Shown piece by piece: positions 1-10,148 of a stretch of 64,000 nt of DNA. Positions within the stretch are counted from its first letter, which is position 1. Every line of letters begins with the position of its first letter. Both the position numbers and the translations under genes were made by a program. Under the pieces are notes generated by a model. That model was not told where the DNA came from. It did no database searches and saw only the letters and a list, made by a program, of their open reading frames with translations. This stretch comes from Minisyncoccota bacterium (GTDB taxonomy: Bacteria > Patescibacteriota > Minisyncoccia > Minisyncoccales > GWA2-38-27). The stretch lies in NCBI GenBank assembly GCA_028687715.1, contig JAQTZP010000002.1, positions 20,038 to 84,037 on the forward strand, in the 5' to 3' direction.

Positions 1-967
1 AGCAGAGCTGGACAACTCTGTAAGAGATTTTCAGAAGCTTCATCAGCTTTTCTTCCATAGATAGTATAAGGCGATGCTCTTTTTCTGAATCCTCTGGTTT
101 TGAGAAGCTGAACATTTCAACCTTGTCAAACTGATGGACTCTTAAAATTCCTTTTGTGTCTTTTCCGTAGCTACCAGCTTCTTCCCTAAAACAGCTGGAA
201 AAAGCAGCGTATCTTTTAGGAAGCTCTTTCTCTTTAAAAACCTCGTCTTTATGCATCGGCCCTACTGCCTGTTCTGATGTTCCTATGAGAAATAAATTGT
301 CTTTTTCCAAGAAATATCTTTCTTCTCTATCTTTTTTTGAATCAATATAGCCCATTCCTTTCATCATTTCAGGCTTTATTAAAACAGGCGGGATTAGAGG
401 AATAAATCCTTGCTTGGCAAGCACGTCAAACGCCAACTTTATAATCGCAAACTCAATTAAAACAGCTTCGTTTTTTAAATAAGCGAATCTTGTTCCTGAA
501 ACCTTAGCTCCTCTTTCTACATCAACTAAATCAAGCTTTTCGCTAAGCTCTAAATAGCTTTTAGGCTCAAACTTAAACCTTGGCTTTCTGCCTGATTCCT
601 TCAAGACTACGTTTGAACTTTCATCTTTGCCAAAGGGAACGTTTTCTAAGGACAAATTGGGAATCATATAAATCAGAGCTTCAAACTTCTGTCTTATGCC
701 AGACAATTCTTTTTTAATCCTATCCCCTTCTTTATCTAATTTCTTCATTTGAGAGATTAATTGCTTCTTTTCATCCTCTTTTTTTGCAAAAGCAATAACC
801 TTTGAAGCTTTATTCTTCCTGCTTGAAATCTCTTCCATTCTAATAACATGCTTTCTTCTTTTTTCATCCAAATCCAAAAGCTCATCTATATCCAAATCAA
901 CTCCTCTTTTCAGGCAGTTATCTTTTATTTTATCTTTATTTTCTCTAATAAACTTTATATCAATCAT
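1..967 (-). CDS. serS: seryl-tRNA synthetase, N-terminal ~320 aa (C-terminus lies beyond the left edge)
   Basis: Absent from the ORF track because it runs off the window. My minus-strand translation from ATG 967..965 gives MIDIKFIRENKDKIKDNC... (coiled-coil arm). Near the edge it reads ...MEEKLMKLLKISYRVVQLC, typical of the class II SerS core. Confidence 0.8.
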   Translation of the reverse strand, partial: MIDIKFIRENKDKIKDNCLKRGVDLDIDELLDLDEKRRKHVIRMEEISSRKNKASKVIAFAKKEDEKKQLISQMKKLDKEGDRIKKELSGIRQKFEALIYMIPNLSLENVPFGKDESSNVVLKESGRKPRFKFEPKSYLELSEKLDLVDVERGAKVSGTRFAYLKNEAVLIEFAIIKLAFDVLAKQGFIPLIPPVLIKPEMMKGMGYIDSKKDREERYFLEKDNLFLIGTSEQAVGPMHKDEVFKEKELPKRYAAFSSCFREEAGSYGKDTKGILRVHQFDKVEMFSFSKPEDSEKEHRLILSMEEKLMKLLKISYRVVQLC

Positions 968-969
968 AA

Positions 970-2427
970 TTATCTCGGCTTCATTATTGGAAAAAGAATT
1001 ATCTCTCTTAAGCTGTGCGAATTGGTAATAAGCGCTGTAAGCCTGTCTATGCCCATGCCGAAACCGCTAGCAGGAGGCATACCGTATTCAAGGGCTTCAA
1101 TGAAATCTTCATCCATAGGCTGGGCTTCTTCAAAACCCTGTTTGAATATCTTTTCCTGTTCTTTAAAGCGCTCTCTTTGAAGAATTGGGTTATTCATTTC
1201 AGAGAATGCCTTTACCAATTCAAAGCCAGCTGCAACTAATTGAAAACTGGCTGACTTGGCTGTATTGTCATCTAAGGGCTTTGCCAAAGGAAAGGCAGAA
1301 GCCGGATATTGTATTAAAAAAACAGGATTTGAGATTTTAGGCCTGCACATCTTTTTATAAATCTCATCTATTATTTCCGCTTTTCCGCCTTTTACGCTCA
1401 ACCCCATTTTCTGGGCTTGTTTTTTCAATCCTTCAAGGCCCATTTCATCAATATCAATTTTTGCGTATTTTCTAATGATGTTAGAGTATTCAATTCTTGG
1501 CCAGGGACAGCTAAAGTCTATTGTTTTTCCCTGATAGCTGATTTTTGTCCTGCCTGTTATTTTCTTTATTATTGAACTGATAAACTTTTCGGTAAATTTC
1601 ATCAATTCCTTGTAATCAGAATAAGCCCAGTAGAACTCTAACATTGTAAAGTCAGGATTATGGGCTTTGTCTATGCCTTCATTTCTAAAGCATTTCCCTA
1701 TTTCGTAGACTTTTTCAAACCCGCCCACCAAAAGCCTTTTTAAATAAAGCTCTGGAGAAATCCTAAGGTATAAATTAATATCTAAGGCATTAAGATGGGT
1801 TTTAAAGGGCTTGGCCGAGGCTCCTCCGTAAAGAGGCTGAAGAATAGGGGTTTCTACTTCTAAAAAACCTTCTTTTTCTAAAAAGCTCCTTATCTCTGTT
1901 ATTACTTTTGAACGAAGAACAAACCTCTCTTTAACTTCGGGGTTGAAAAGCAAATCAAGATGCCTTTTTCTGTATCTTTCTTCAATATCTGTCAGGCCGT
2001 GCCATTTCTCAGGAAGAGGAAGCAAAGATTTTGCGGTCATCTTATAGCTCCATACCTCAATTGTCTTTTCTCCTCTTTTAGTCTTAAACAGAATGCCTTT
2101 TATTTCAATAAAATCCCCTATATCAAAGTTATCTAAAAAAAACCTGTATCCTTTCTCTCCTAATCTATCTTTTTTAAGCATAGCTTGGATCTTGCCTGAC
2201 TCGTCTTTGATATTGATAAAGGCCAATCCCCCGTGCTCTCTTAGACTTATTATCCTTCCAACCAAGATAACTTCTTTTTTCTGCCTGAAAAGCTTTGAGA
2301 ATTCTTTTAAAGCTGTTTCAGAAGTATGAGTTCTTTTTACCTGATTTGGATAAGCTGAAAATCCAGCCGCTTCAATGGCTTTAAGCTTTTTTATTCTTGC
2401 TTTTCTAATATCTTCTATTGAGCTCAT
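970..2427 (-). CDS. lysS: lysyl-tRNA synthetase, class II
   Basis: 485 aa with an N-terminal OB anticodon-binding region. Class II motifs FRNEGID..HNPDFTMLEFY and GMGIDRL are present. Confidence 0.95.
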   Translation of the reverse strand: MSSIEDIRKARIKKLKAIEAAGFSAYPNQVKRTHTSETALKEFSKLFRQKKEVILVGRIISLREHGGLAFINIKDESGKIQAMLKKDRLGEKGYRFFLDNFDIGDFIEIKGILFKTKRGEKTIEVWSYKMTAKSLLPLPEKWHGLTDIEERYRKRHLDLLFNPEVKERFVLRSKVITEIRSFLEKEGFLEVETPILQPLYGGASAKPFKTHLNALDINLYLRISPELYLKRLLVGGFEKVYEIGKCFRNEGIDKAHNPDFTMLEFYWAYSDYKELMKFTEKFISSIIKKITGRTKISYQGKTIDFSCPWPRIEYSNIIRKYAKIDIDEMGLEGLKKQAQKMGLSVKGGKAEIIDEIYKKMCRPKISNPVFLIQYPASAFPLAKPLDDNTAKSASFQLVAAGFELVKAFSEMNNPILQRERFKEQEKIFKQGFEEAQPMDEDFIEALEYGMPPASGFGMGIDRLTALITNSHSLREIILFPIMKPR

Positions 2428-2485
2428 ATTATGCTTATTATCAGTTTTTTCTATTTTACCTTATTTATTATTTTAGGACAAGGTA

Positions 2486-2517
2486 ATAATAAAAGAACCC
2501 TTCGTCCATAAAGGGTT
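2486..2517 (-). terminator. intrinsic terminator after the SOD gene
   Basis: On the minus strand: AACCCUU-loop-AAGGGUU, followed by CUUUUAUUAUU. Confidence 0.5.
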
Positions 2518-2541
2518 TATCCATAAGAGTAAAAAACCAAT

Positions 2542-3135
2542 CTATAAATTTTGTAAAGATTCAAATCTTTGAGCCACACTCTTCCAATCAATGATTTTTA
2601 AGAAATTAGAGACATAATCAGCCTTTTTAAGGCCGTAATCAATCATATACGCGTGTTCAAACATATCTATCGGCAGTAAGGGCAAAGCTGATGCCAGATG
2701 ACCCGAATCATGTTCATTAACCCAAACATTTAAAAGACGTCTGGCGTCTCTGTCATAGTATAAAATGGCCCATCCAATCCCGCGGATAGCAGCTGTTGAC
2801 TTGAAGTCTCTTTCCCAATCTTCATAAGAACCGAAATCTTCAGCAATCTTTTTATAAAGCCCGCTTTCTTTATCAATCTCAGAGGCATTTTTAGAAATGC
2901 TTGAAAAATAATATTCATGAAGCCTCATGCCGTTAAACTCCCAGCCAAATCTTCTTTTAAGTTCAGCGTATTCTGGAGTATCAGCTTTCCCCTCGTTTGA
3001 TAAATCATCTAAGGCCTGAATTAATTTATTGGTATTTTTAACATAGCCTTGATACAAAGATATATGGTTTCTCAAAAGCTCCTCTGAAAGCCCTTTTACT
3101 CCTATAATATTCTCAAATTGTTTCTCTTGATACAT
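2542..3135 (-). CDS. sodA: Fe/Mn-family superoxide dismutase
   Basis: 197 aa. HEYYF and DMFEHAYMIDYG resemble the Fe/Mn SOD signature. Metal specificity is not determinable here. Confidence 0.85.
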   Translation of the reverse strand: MYQEKQFENIIGVKGLSEELLRNHISLYQGYVKNTNKLIQALDDLSNEGKADTPEYAELKRRFGWEFNGMRLHEYYFSSISKNASEIDKESGLYKKIAEDFGSYEDWERDFKSTAAIRGIGWAILYYDRDARRLLNVWVNEHDSGHLASALPLLPIDMFEHAYMIDYGLKKADYVSNFLKIIDWKSVAQRFESLQNL

Positions 3136-3140
3136 AATTT

Positions 3141-3461
3141 TTAAAGATTTATGTCTTTTTTCTTCTGTTCAAATTCATCCTTTGTAATTTCCCCTTTAGC
3201 ATATCTTTCTTTTAGAATCTCTAAAGCATTTCCTTTAGCCTTCTGATTGCTGTTAGAAAACATATATCTGAATAAAATTATTACTGCCCAAATTATCAGT
3301 ATCCAGAATAAAATACTTAAAAACCAGCTCAAGCCTGCCCCGAAATAACCAAATCCTCCCATCATCTGAGGACCCATAGCCATGGGACAATAGCCTGCAT
3401 CAGCTGATATATATGAAGCTGGAAGAAATAGAAGAAGAGAAAATAATAATAAGTTTATCAT
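3141..3461 (-). CDS. small membrane protein with C-terminal SHOCT-type domain
   Basis: Hydrophobic N-terminal two thirds, then a C-terminal KERYAKGEITKDEFEQKKKDI. Confidence 0.65.
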   Translation of the reverse strand: MINLLLFSLLLFLPASYISADAGYCPMAMGPQMMGGFGYFGAGLSWFLSILFWILIIWAVIILFRYMFSNSNQKAKGNALEILKERYAKGEITKDEFEQKKKDINL

Positions 3462-3462
3462 A

Positions 3463-3493
3463 AATTTAATTAGTAATTATTACTAATTAAATT
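3463..3493. repeat. perfect 15-bp inverted repeat (1-nt centre), AT-rich
   Basis: aatttaattagtaat-t-attactaattaaatt, lying between the murG stop and the SHOCT gene start. Confidence 0.8.
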
Positions 3494-3541
3494 ATATTCT
3501 TATTAAAGAACCTTGTCAATACCCTTAGCTGAAGAAGGCAA

Positions 3542-4660
3542 TTACTTTACCAGATAATAAACTAAATAATCGGCTATTATTTCAGCTGCTTGAGGCCTTG
3601 AAAACTCTTTTGCCTTATCGGACATTCTTTTTAATTCATCTGGTTTTGAAAAAAAGTGTTTTAATCTTGATAGAAGAAAATTGGGAGTGAAATTTGACTC
3701 TTCTATAACCACGGCTGACTGGTACTGGCTGTATGCGTAAGCATTTTTAACCTGATGGTCTTGAGCAGAACCTGTCAAAGGAACCAAAATGCTTGGTTTT
3801 CCATTTGCGGCAATTTCAAATATGCTCCCTGCTCCGGCCCGGCTGATTATAAAGTCGGCTGATTTGTAGGAGCTGGCTAACTCTTCTTCGTTTAAAAAAG
3901 GATGTGGATGATAATATTTTTTTAAATTATCCGATACAACAACATCTGCTTCCTTTCTAACCTGCTGGAAGTTCTTCTCTCCTGTCTGATGAATCACTTC
4001 AAAACTCTCAAGCATTTCAGAAAGCGCTAAAAGTATCCTGTCGTTTATTCTTTGAGCCCCTTGAGAGCCGCCTAAAATCAAAATTACCGGCTTTTGGCCT
4101 GTTAAATTAAATATCTTTCTGCCTTGTTCTTTAGAGCCCTCTAAAATCTCTTTTCTGATAGGATTTCCCACTGATATTATCTTTTCAAGAGGCATCTTAT
4201 CATCTTTTTTAACTGGAAAAGAAGTAAATACTTCAATAGAAAGCTTGGCAGATATCCTGTTTGTCAGACCGAAAGAAGCGTCTGATTCATGAAGAAATAT
4301 AGGGGTTATTAAAACCCAGCCCGCTAAAACAACCGGCAGAGAGCCGTATCCTCCCTTGCTGAAGATAAGATCAGGAGAAATCATAAAGATGTGGAAAAAA
4401 GACTGGATTATTCCTATAGGAGCTCTGATTAAGATATCAATAAAGTTCTCTATGGAAAAATACCTCCTGATTTTGCCTGCTAAAATAGTCTTTACTGCTA
4501 TCCCCTCCTTTAAAAGCAGAGGTTTTACCTTTTTATCTTTTGGACCGATATAGAAGAACTGGAATTTCTTGTCAGGGTAATTCCTTTTTATCTCCCTTAC
4601 AACAGCCAGTATTGGAAATATATGTCCAGCAGTTCCTCCTCCGGTAAAAACAATTTTCAT
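3542..4660 (-). CDS. murG: UDP-GlcNAc:lipid I GlcNAc transferase MurG
   Basis: 372 aa. N-terminal MKIVFTGGGTAGHIFP, GT28 architecture, dcw-type context. Confidence 0.95.
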   Translation of the reverse strand: MKIVFTGGGTAGHIFPILAVVREIKRNYPDKKFQFFYIGPKDKKVKPLLLKEGIAVKTILAGKIRRYFSIENFIDILIRAPIGIIQSFFHIFMISPDLIFSKGGYGSLPVVLAGWVLITPIFLHESDASFGLTNRISAKLSIEVFTSFPVKKDDKMPLEKIISVGNPIRKEILEGSKEQGRKIFNLTGQKPVILILGGSQGAQRINDRILLALSEMLESFEVIHQTGEKNFQQVRKEADVVVSDNLKKYYHPHPFLNEEELASSYKSADFIISRAGAGSIFEIAANGKPSILVPLTGSAQDHQVKNAYAYSQYQSAVVIEESNFTPNFLLSRLKHFFSKPDELKRMSDKAKEFSRPQAAEIIADYLVYYLVK

Positions 4661-4672
4661 AGTTCTATTTTA

Positions 4673-5794
4673 TCACTTTTTTAACGACTTAGAAATATTT
4701 AATAAAAGGCCTATTCCGGCAAGCTCGGCAATTATGTGAGAGCCGCCGTAGCTTAAAAACGGCAGAGGAATTCCTGTTAAAGGAAATATGCCTGAAACTG
4801 CGCCTATGTTTATAAACGCCTGAATAGATATCCATGAACCAATGCCAACTGCAAAAATCTTAGAGAATTTATCATTTGTTTTTTTAGCAATAATACAGCA
4901 TCTGAAGATAATAAATAGAAATAGAGAAATTAGGATAAATGAGCCTACAAAGCCTGCTTCTTCGGCAAAAATGGCAAATATTGAATCAGACATCGGCTGG
5001 GGAAGCAAGCCTCCTGTTTTTCTGTCAGACATTCCTATCCCTTGGCCGAAAATTCCGCCTGAGCCTATTGTAATGATTGACTGGCCTATCTGGTAGCTAA
5101 GATTCTGGGGATCTTCTATCTGTCCAAAGAGAACTAAAATTCTATTCATTCTGTATGAGCTTGAAAGTATAAAGATGGAGAAAACAATTAAAAACAAGGC
5201 TGTTACGATTAAAATATGAGACAAAGGAGTTTCTGATGTAAAATACATCAAAAGGGCTATTAAAAAAAATAACAGGCAGTTGCTGGCATTTGACTGAAAA
5301 TAAAGAGTAATGAATATGACAAAAAGAATAACTAAAAAAGGGGCTAAAAGCATTTTAGATAATCCCTCCTTTTTGTATGAGAAATTATTATATCTTTTTG
5401 AAAGCCAGACTGAAAGATAGAGAATAAAAGTTAGTTTTAAAAACTCCGAAGGCTGAAAACTGAAAAAGCCGAAATCAAACCATCTTGAGGCGCCTCCTGA
5501 ATTAATCCCCAAGCCTGGCACAAAGACTAAAACCATAAAAACAATATTAACTAAAAACAAAAGCCAGGCTGTTTTCTTTAAAAAAGATACTGGGATTACA
5601 AAAAACAGAAAAGCTGCAGAAAACCCGAAGAGTATGCCTTGAACAAGCTGATGATAAAGATAATAATATGAGTTGCCGAATCTCTCCTGGGCAAAAGAAG
5701 TTGAAATTCCAGACAAAGTTAAAATCCCGATAAAAACCAGCATTATTACCGCTGTTAAAAGCCAATAATCTATATGATAGTTTTTAAATATCAT
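4673..5794 (-). CDS. ftsW: SEDS-family lipid II flippase/polymerase FtsW
   Basis: 373 aa polytopic membrane protein of the FtsW/RodA family. It sits between murD and murG. Confidence 0.85.
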   Translation of the reverse strand: MIFKNYHIDYWLLTAVIMLVFIGILTLSGISTSFAQERFGNSYYYLYHQLVQGILFGFSAAFLFFVIPVSFLKKTAWLLFLVNIVFMVLVFVPGLGINSGGASRWFDFGFFSFQPSEFLKLTFILYLSVWLSKRYNNFSYKKEGLSKMLLAPFLVILFVIFITLYFQSNASNCLLFFLIALLMYFTSETPLSHILIVTALFLIVFSIFILSSSYRMNRILVLFGQIEDPQNLSYQIGQSIITIGSGGIFGQGIGMSDRKTGGLLPQPMSDSIFAIFAEEAGFVGSFILISLFLFIIFRCCIIAKKTNDKFSKIFAVGIGSWISIQAFINIGAVSGIFPLTGIPLPFLSYGGSHIIAELAGIGLLLNISKSLKK

Positions 5795-7173
5795 TTTAAT
5801 AATCTTTTAACAAACTTATTAAACTGCTCGCCTCTGTCAAACTCATTATTAAAAAGATTAAAACTGGCTGCGGCTGGAGAAAGAAGAACTATATCTCCTT
5901 TTTCTGCTGTCTTTGAGGCTTTATTAACCGCCTTTTCCATTGAATCAGCCTTAAAAATCCTTATTCTGTTTTTCAATTCCTTTTTTAACTTATCCGAAGC
6001 TGTGCCAGGAAGCATAATTAGAAAATCCACCCTTTTGATAATCTCTTTTGCCAAATCATTATATCTAAGATTCTTATCCTGACCGCCGGCAATAAGAATT
6101 ATTTTGGAATCAGGGAATCTGTCAGCTGTTGTTTTGATTGCTTCAACTGCTGCCTGAGGCATTGTGGCAGTAGTATCATTGAAGTATCTTACGCCTTTTA
6201 TCTGAATAATAAACTCTTGTCTGCTCTTTATCCCTTTAAAACTTCTGATGACGCTTCTGATGTCTTTACAGGAAACGCCCATAATCTTAGCAACAGATAC
6301 GCTGGCTAAGATATTGGACAAATTGTGCTCTCCATACACTTTTATATCCCTTAAAGATAAAACAGGTTGTTTTTTTATTGAAAAGAATATCTTTTCATCT
6401 TTTAAATAACAAGCGAATTTATTTAAGTTCTTAGGAGGATAAAGAGAGTAAAAATATGATTTTGATGAAGTTGAATCAAAGAAGCCTTTGGTTATTTTAT
6501 TGTCATAGTTTAGAACTAAAATATCATTTCTTTTCTGATTGTTAAAAATATTCTTCTTAGCGCTGATATAATCTTTAAAACTCTTGTATCTGTTTAAATG
6601 CTCTCTGAAAACATTGGTAATAACTGCGATATAAGGGCTTTGCTTTAAATCCTCCAATTCAAAGCTTGAAAGCTCTAAAACCACTCTGCTTCTTCTGTCA
6701 ATTTTAGAAAGAAGCTCTAATACAGAAACCCCGATATTTCCTCCGAGATAAGTATTGGGATATTTCTTCTTTACTAATTTATAAATCAAGGTTGCGGCAG
6801 TTGATTTTCCTTTGCTTCCGGTAACTCCTATGATATCAGCTTTGGCTAAATCAAAAAAGACGCCGATATCAGTCTTTATCGGAATATTATAATCTTTTGC
6901 GATTTTAAGATAAGGAGAATTGTTTGAAACATCAGGGTTTTTAATGATTAAATCAGCATTTTTAAAATCATCTACTCTATGGCGTCCTAAAACATATTCA
7001 ATCTTTAATCCTTTTAATTTTAACAGAGAATCCTTTAACTTTTTTTTTGTCTTTAAATCTGTTACTAAAACTTCTGCGCCTTGATTATAGAAAAACCTTG
7101 CAGCTCCAGCGCCTCCTCCGTGAAGCCCCAATCCCATTATAAGCACTTTTTTATCTTTAAATAACTTTTTCAT
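5791..7173 (-). CDS. murD: UDP-MurNAc-L-Ala--D-Glu ligase MurD
   Basis: 460 aa. Rossmann-like GLGLHGGG start and the Mur ligase P-loop GVTGSKGKST. Confidence 0.95.
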   Translation of the reverse strand: MKKLFKDKKVLIMGLGLHGGGAGAARFFYNQGAEVLVTDLKTKKKLKDSLLKLKGLKIEYVLGRHRVDDFKNADLIIKNPDVSNNSPYLKIAKDYNIPIKTDIGVFFDLAKADIIGVTGSKGKSTAATLIYKLVKKKYPNTYLGGNIGVSVLELLSKIDRRSRVVLELSSFELEDLKQSPYIAVITNVFREHLNRYKSFKDYISAKKNIFNNQKRNDILVLNYDNKITKGFFDSTSSKSYFYSLYPPKNLNKFACYLKDEKIFFSIKKQPVLSLRDIKVYGEHNLSNILASVSVAKIMGVSCKDIRSVIRSFKGIKSRQEFIIQIKGVRYFNDTTATMPQAAVEAIKTTADRFPDSKIILIAGGQDKNLRYNDLAKEIIKRVDFLIMLPGTASDKLKKELKNRIRIFKADSMEKAVNKASKTAEKGDIVLLSPAAASFNLFNNEFDRGEQFNKFVKRLLK

Positions 7174-7961
7174 TAAAAAGGGTCTTTAACTTTAATTTTC
7201 ATCTTTCTGTTAAAGCAAAGATGGCTGATTTTCTTGAAGTTATAAGGTTCATCGCTGAAAAAGAACTGATGATTTGCGCCTTTTTTAACATTATCAGCTG
7301 TCTTGGGATTATTCTCTAGAAAATCTCTTATTTCCTTTGCTACGGTCTTGGCTGGATTTATAATACTTACCTTGGGCCCCATTATCTTTTTAACTGTGCC
7401 TTCAAGCAAAGGATAATGGGTACAGGCTAAGATCAAAGTATCAATTCTCTTTGACTTCACGCCAGAGAGATATTCTTTTGCCGTTTCTAAAACAATTCTA
7501 TTTGAGACCCAGCCTTCTTCTACCAAAGGAACAAACAAGGGACAGCTCTTTGGATAAATCTTTAAATCAGGGTTAATCTTTAAAAGCTTTTTCTCAAAGG
7601 AGCGGCTTTTTATCGTTCCCGGAGTCCCTATTATGCCTATTTTATTATTCTTAGTCTTTAAAGAAGCCTCTAAACCAGCGCTGGTTATCATTTCAAATAC
7701 AGGAATACTAAACTGCTTTTTTAATGATTCAGAAGCCCAGCTTGAAGAGGTATGACAAGCTATAACTATGATTTTCGCACCTCTTTTAATCAAATATTCT
7801 GTTATTTTGGCAGAATATCTTTTAACAAAAGCCTCCCCCTTAGTGCCGTAAGGAAGACGGGCTGTATCTCCGAAATAAATAATTTGGTATTCGGGCAGAT
7901 ATCTAAATATCTCTTTGACAACGGTTAATCCGCCTACTCCTGAATCAAAAACTCCTATCAT
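7173..7961 (-). CDS. murI: glutamate racemase
   Basis: 262 aa. VFDSGVGGLTV plus the two catalytic Cys regions VIACHTSS and LACTHYPLL. Confidence 0.95.
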   Translation of the reverse strand: MIGVFDSGVGGLTVVKEIFRYLPEYQIIYFGDTARLPYGTKGEAFVKRYSAKITEYLIKRGAKIIVIACHTSSSWASESLKKQFSIPVFEMITSAGLEASLKTKNNKIGIIGTPGTIKSRSFEKKLLKINPDLKIYPKSCPLFVPLVEEGWVSNRIVLETAKEYLSGVKSKRIDTLILACTHYPLLEGTVKKIMGPKVSIINPAKTVAKEIRDFLENNPKTADNVKKGANHQFFFSDEPYNFKKISHLCFNRKMKIKVKDPF

Positions 7962-8065
7962 ATTATTAGAGTATAACAGAAACTTGCTTTAAATCAAACC
8001 TTTAAAATAAAGAAAAAAAGCTTTTTAAAAAAGAAAAAAGCTCTAAAAATCTATTAACTATTAAG

Positions 8066-9154
8066 CTACCCCAAAAGCCTTATTGCCACTCCTATAATAG
8101 CCATAACTATGCCTACAACCCAAAACCTCATTGTTATCTTGTAATGAGGCCATCCCTTTGCTTCAAAATGATGATGAATCGGAGAAGCCAAGAAAACCTT
8201 TCTCTTAAAGAACTTTTTGGAAAGAAGCTGAATTATGACTGAAGCAGATTCAAGCGCCAGTAAAAAGCCTATTATCGGCAGAACTAAGACTGAATCAGTT
8301 AAAAAAGCAACAACAGTTAAAGCGCAGCAAAGGCCCATTACTCCTGTTTCTCCCATATAAAATCTGGCTGGAGGGATATTAAACCATAAAAATGCCAAAA
8401 TAGCGCCAGTGATAACAGAACAGAAAGCCGCTAAATCAACCTGGCCCTGAAATAGGGCTATGGCGGCAAATGCTTCAAATATTACAGCAAAGATTCCTCC
8501 TGATAGACCGTCTAATCCGTCTATTACCCCTCCGCTGTAGGTTGCCATCATTACAATGATAAAAAACAAAAGATACCAGGCTCCTATTAGGAAATCGCCA
8601 TTAGACGGTATATGAATGGTAGAATGTCCAAGCTTGTAATAAAACCACCATCCTCCTATGGCTCCTATCAAGGCTACTAAAATCAAGCGGTAACGGAGCT
8701 TTAAGCCTCCAGCAATATACTGCTTTTTATCTTTTAAAAAATAATGGGAGAATTTGCCTAAAACCTGGAGAATATCATCTATCAAGCCGACCAAAGACGC
8801 TGAAACCAAGGCAAAAAGAGGAAGCCAAGTCTGGGATCTGCTTAAAAAGTTTAATTTCTTAATCCAGAAAATATCAGATATTTGAGAGAGAATAAAGAAT
8901 AAAAAGGCTAAAAACGATACTGTAATCCAAATTAAAAGACCTCCGAACCTCGGAGTGTTTGTCTCGCCTTCAGTATGGAATTTCTGGAATATAGGGACTT
9001 CTTTCCCATCAATAGATTTTGTCCTTACTTCTTTGCGCCAGAGCTTATTCTTATACAAAAAAGCGGTTAAGACTGGAGTAAATAAAAAAGCTAAGATAAA
9101 GCTTACTGCCCCCAGAACAAATATCTTTATAACATTGATTGTGATATCATCCAT
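8066..9154 (-). CDS. mraY: phospho-MurNAc-pentapeptide translocase MraY
   Basis: 362 aa polytopic protein of GT4/MraY type. Contains the HHHFE-like segment PIHHHFE. Confidence 0.95.
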   Translation of the reverse strand: MDDITINVIKIFVLGAVSFILAFLFTPVLTAFLYKNKLWRKEVRTKSIDGKEVPIFQKFHTEGETNTPRFGGLLIWITVSFLAFLFFILSQISDIFWIKKLNFLSRSQTWLPLFALVSASLVGLIDDILQVLGKFSHYFLKDKKQYIAGGLKLRYRLILVALIGAIGGWWFYYKLGHSTIHIPSNGDFLIGAWYLLFFIIVMMATYSGGVIDGLDGLSGGIFAVIFEAFAAIALFQGQVDLAAFCSVITGAILAFLWFNIPPARFYMGETGVMGLCCALTVVAFLTDSVLVLPIIGFLLALESASVIIQLLSKKFFKRKVFLASPIHHHFEAKGWPHYKITMRFWVVGIVMAIIGVAIRLLG

Positions 9155-9158
9155 ATTC

Positions 9159-10148
9159 TTAAATTCTGCTAGTAAGCTCTATTAGTTTTTTCATCTCGGA
9201 AAACCTGTCATCAGCCCCTAAGACAACATTAATGAAATAGCTACTGCTTGAGGGATTCTTTAAGATTATTAAAAGACAGCCTTTAGCCAAAGGAGTCCAT
9301 CCTGTCTTTCCTCCGATAACTCCTTTAATCTCTGTTAAAAGCTTATTCGTGTTTTCAGGAATAAAATGATGAAGAGAACCATCAGCCTTTGCAACCTCGT
9401 ATGAATTCTGACTTGTTATTTCAAAAATCTTAGGATACTTTATATATATATATTTTGTCAGTCTGGCAACATCCAAAGCTGTTGACAAGTTCGCGCCGCT
9501 ACCTGAATCCAATCCTGTTGAATTGATAAACTTAGTGCTATAAAGCCCTATATTCTTGGCATAGATATTCATAAGCCCTACAAAAGGCTCGTCTTTATTC
9601 TCCAGCTCTTTGTCTGAAACTAATTCTGAAAGGGCGAAAGCAGCGTCGTTTGAAGATTCAATAAGCATAATATACACAAGGTCTTTGACCCTAAGATACT
9701 CCCCTTCTGCAAGCTCTCCGTATTTTGAGCTTCCATCCTGGTTTACCGCTTCTTCGGTGATTAAAACAGGCTCTGAAAAACCATATGTCTCTTTAAGGTC
9801 AAACACGACCAAGGCTGTCATTAATTTGCTTAAAGAGGCAATTGCCAAGGGCTTGTCAATATTCTTTTCATAAATAACCCTTTCAACATTGCCCGGCATA
9901 ACTTCTAAGACAAGAGCTGCTTCTGACTTAACCTCTATTTCTTCAAAAAGACCATTAATGCTTCTGTTTAATTTATCTCTTGAGATATCAATGTCATAGG
10001 CTTGGCCGATATTGGCGGTAAAGACTCCGGGAGTCTTTGAAAGCTCGTACCAGAATATAAAGTTTTCAAAGCTTAATGAAAAAGCATTAACTCCCCACCA
10101 CAACGGAAGGCTTAATATAAAGGAGGCTAAAAAAACCTTTGTCTTCAT
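9159..10148 (-). CDS. serine-type D-Ala-D-Ala carboxypeptidase (S11/PBP5-like)
   Basis: Signal/TM start, with SxxK (ASLSKLMT), SxN (ESSND) and KTG (GGKTGWT) motifs. Confidence 0.85.
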   Translation of the reverse strand: MKTKVFLASFILSLPLWWGVNAFSLSFENFIFWYELSKTPGVFTANIGQAYDIDISRDKLNRSINGLFEEIEVKSEAALVLEVMPGNVERVIYEKNIDKPLAIASLSKLMTALVVFDLKETYGFSEPVLITEEAVNQDGSSKYGELAEGEYLRVKDLVYIMLIESSNDAAFALSELVSDKELENKDEPFVGLMNIYAKNIGLYSTKFINSTGLDSGSGANLSTALDVARLTKYIYIKYPKIFEITSQNSYEVAKADGSLHHFIPENTNKLLTEIKGVIGGKTGWTPLAKGCLLIILKNPSSSSYFINVVLGADDRFSEMKKLIELTSRI

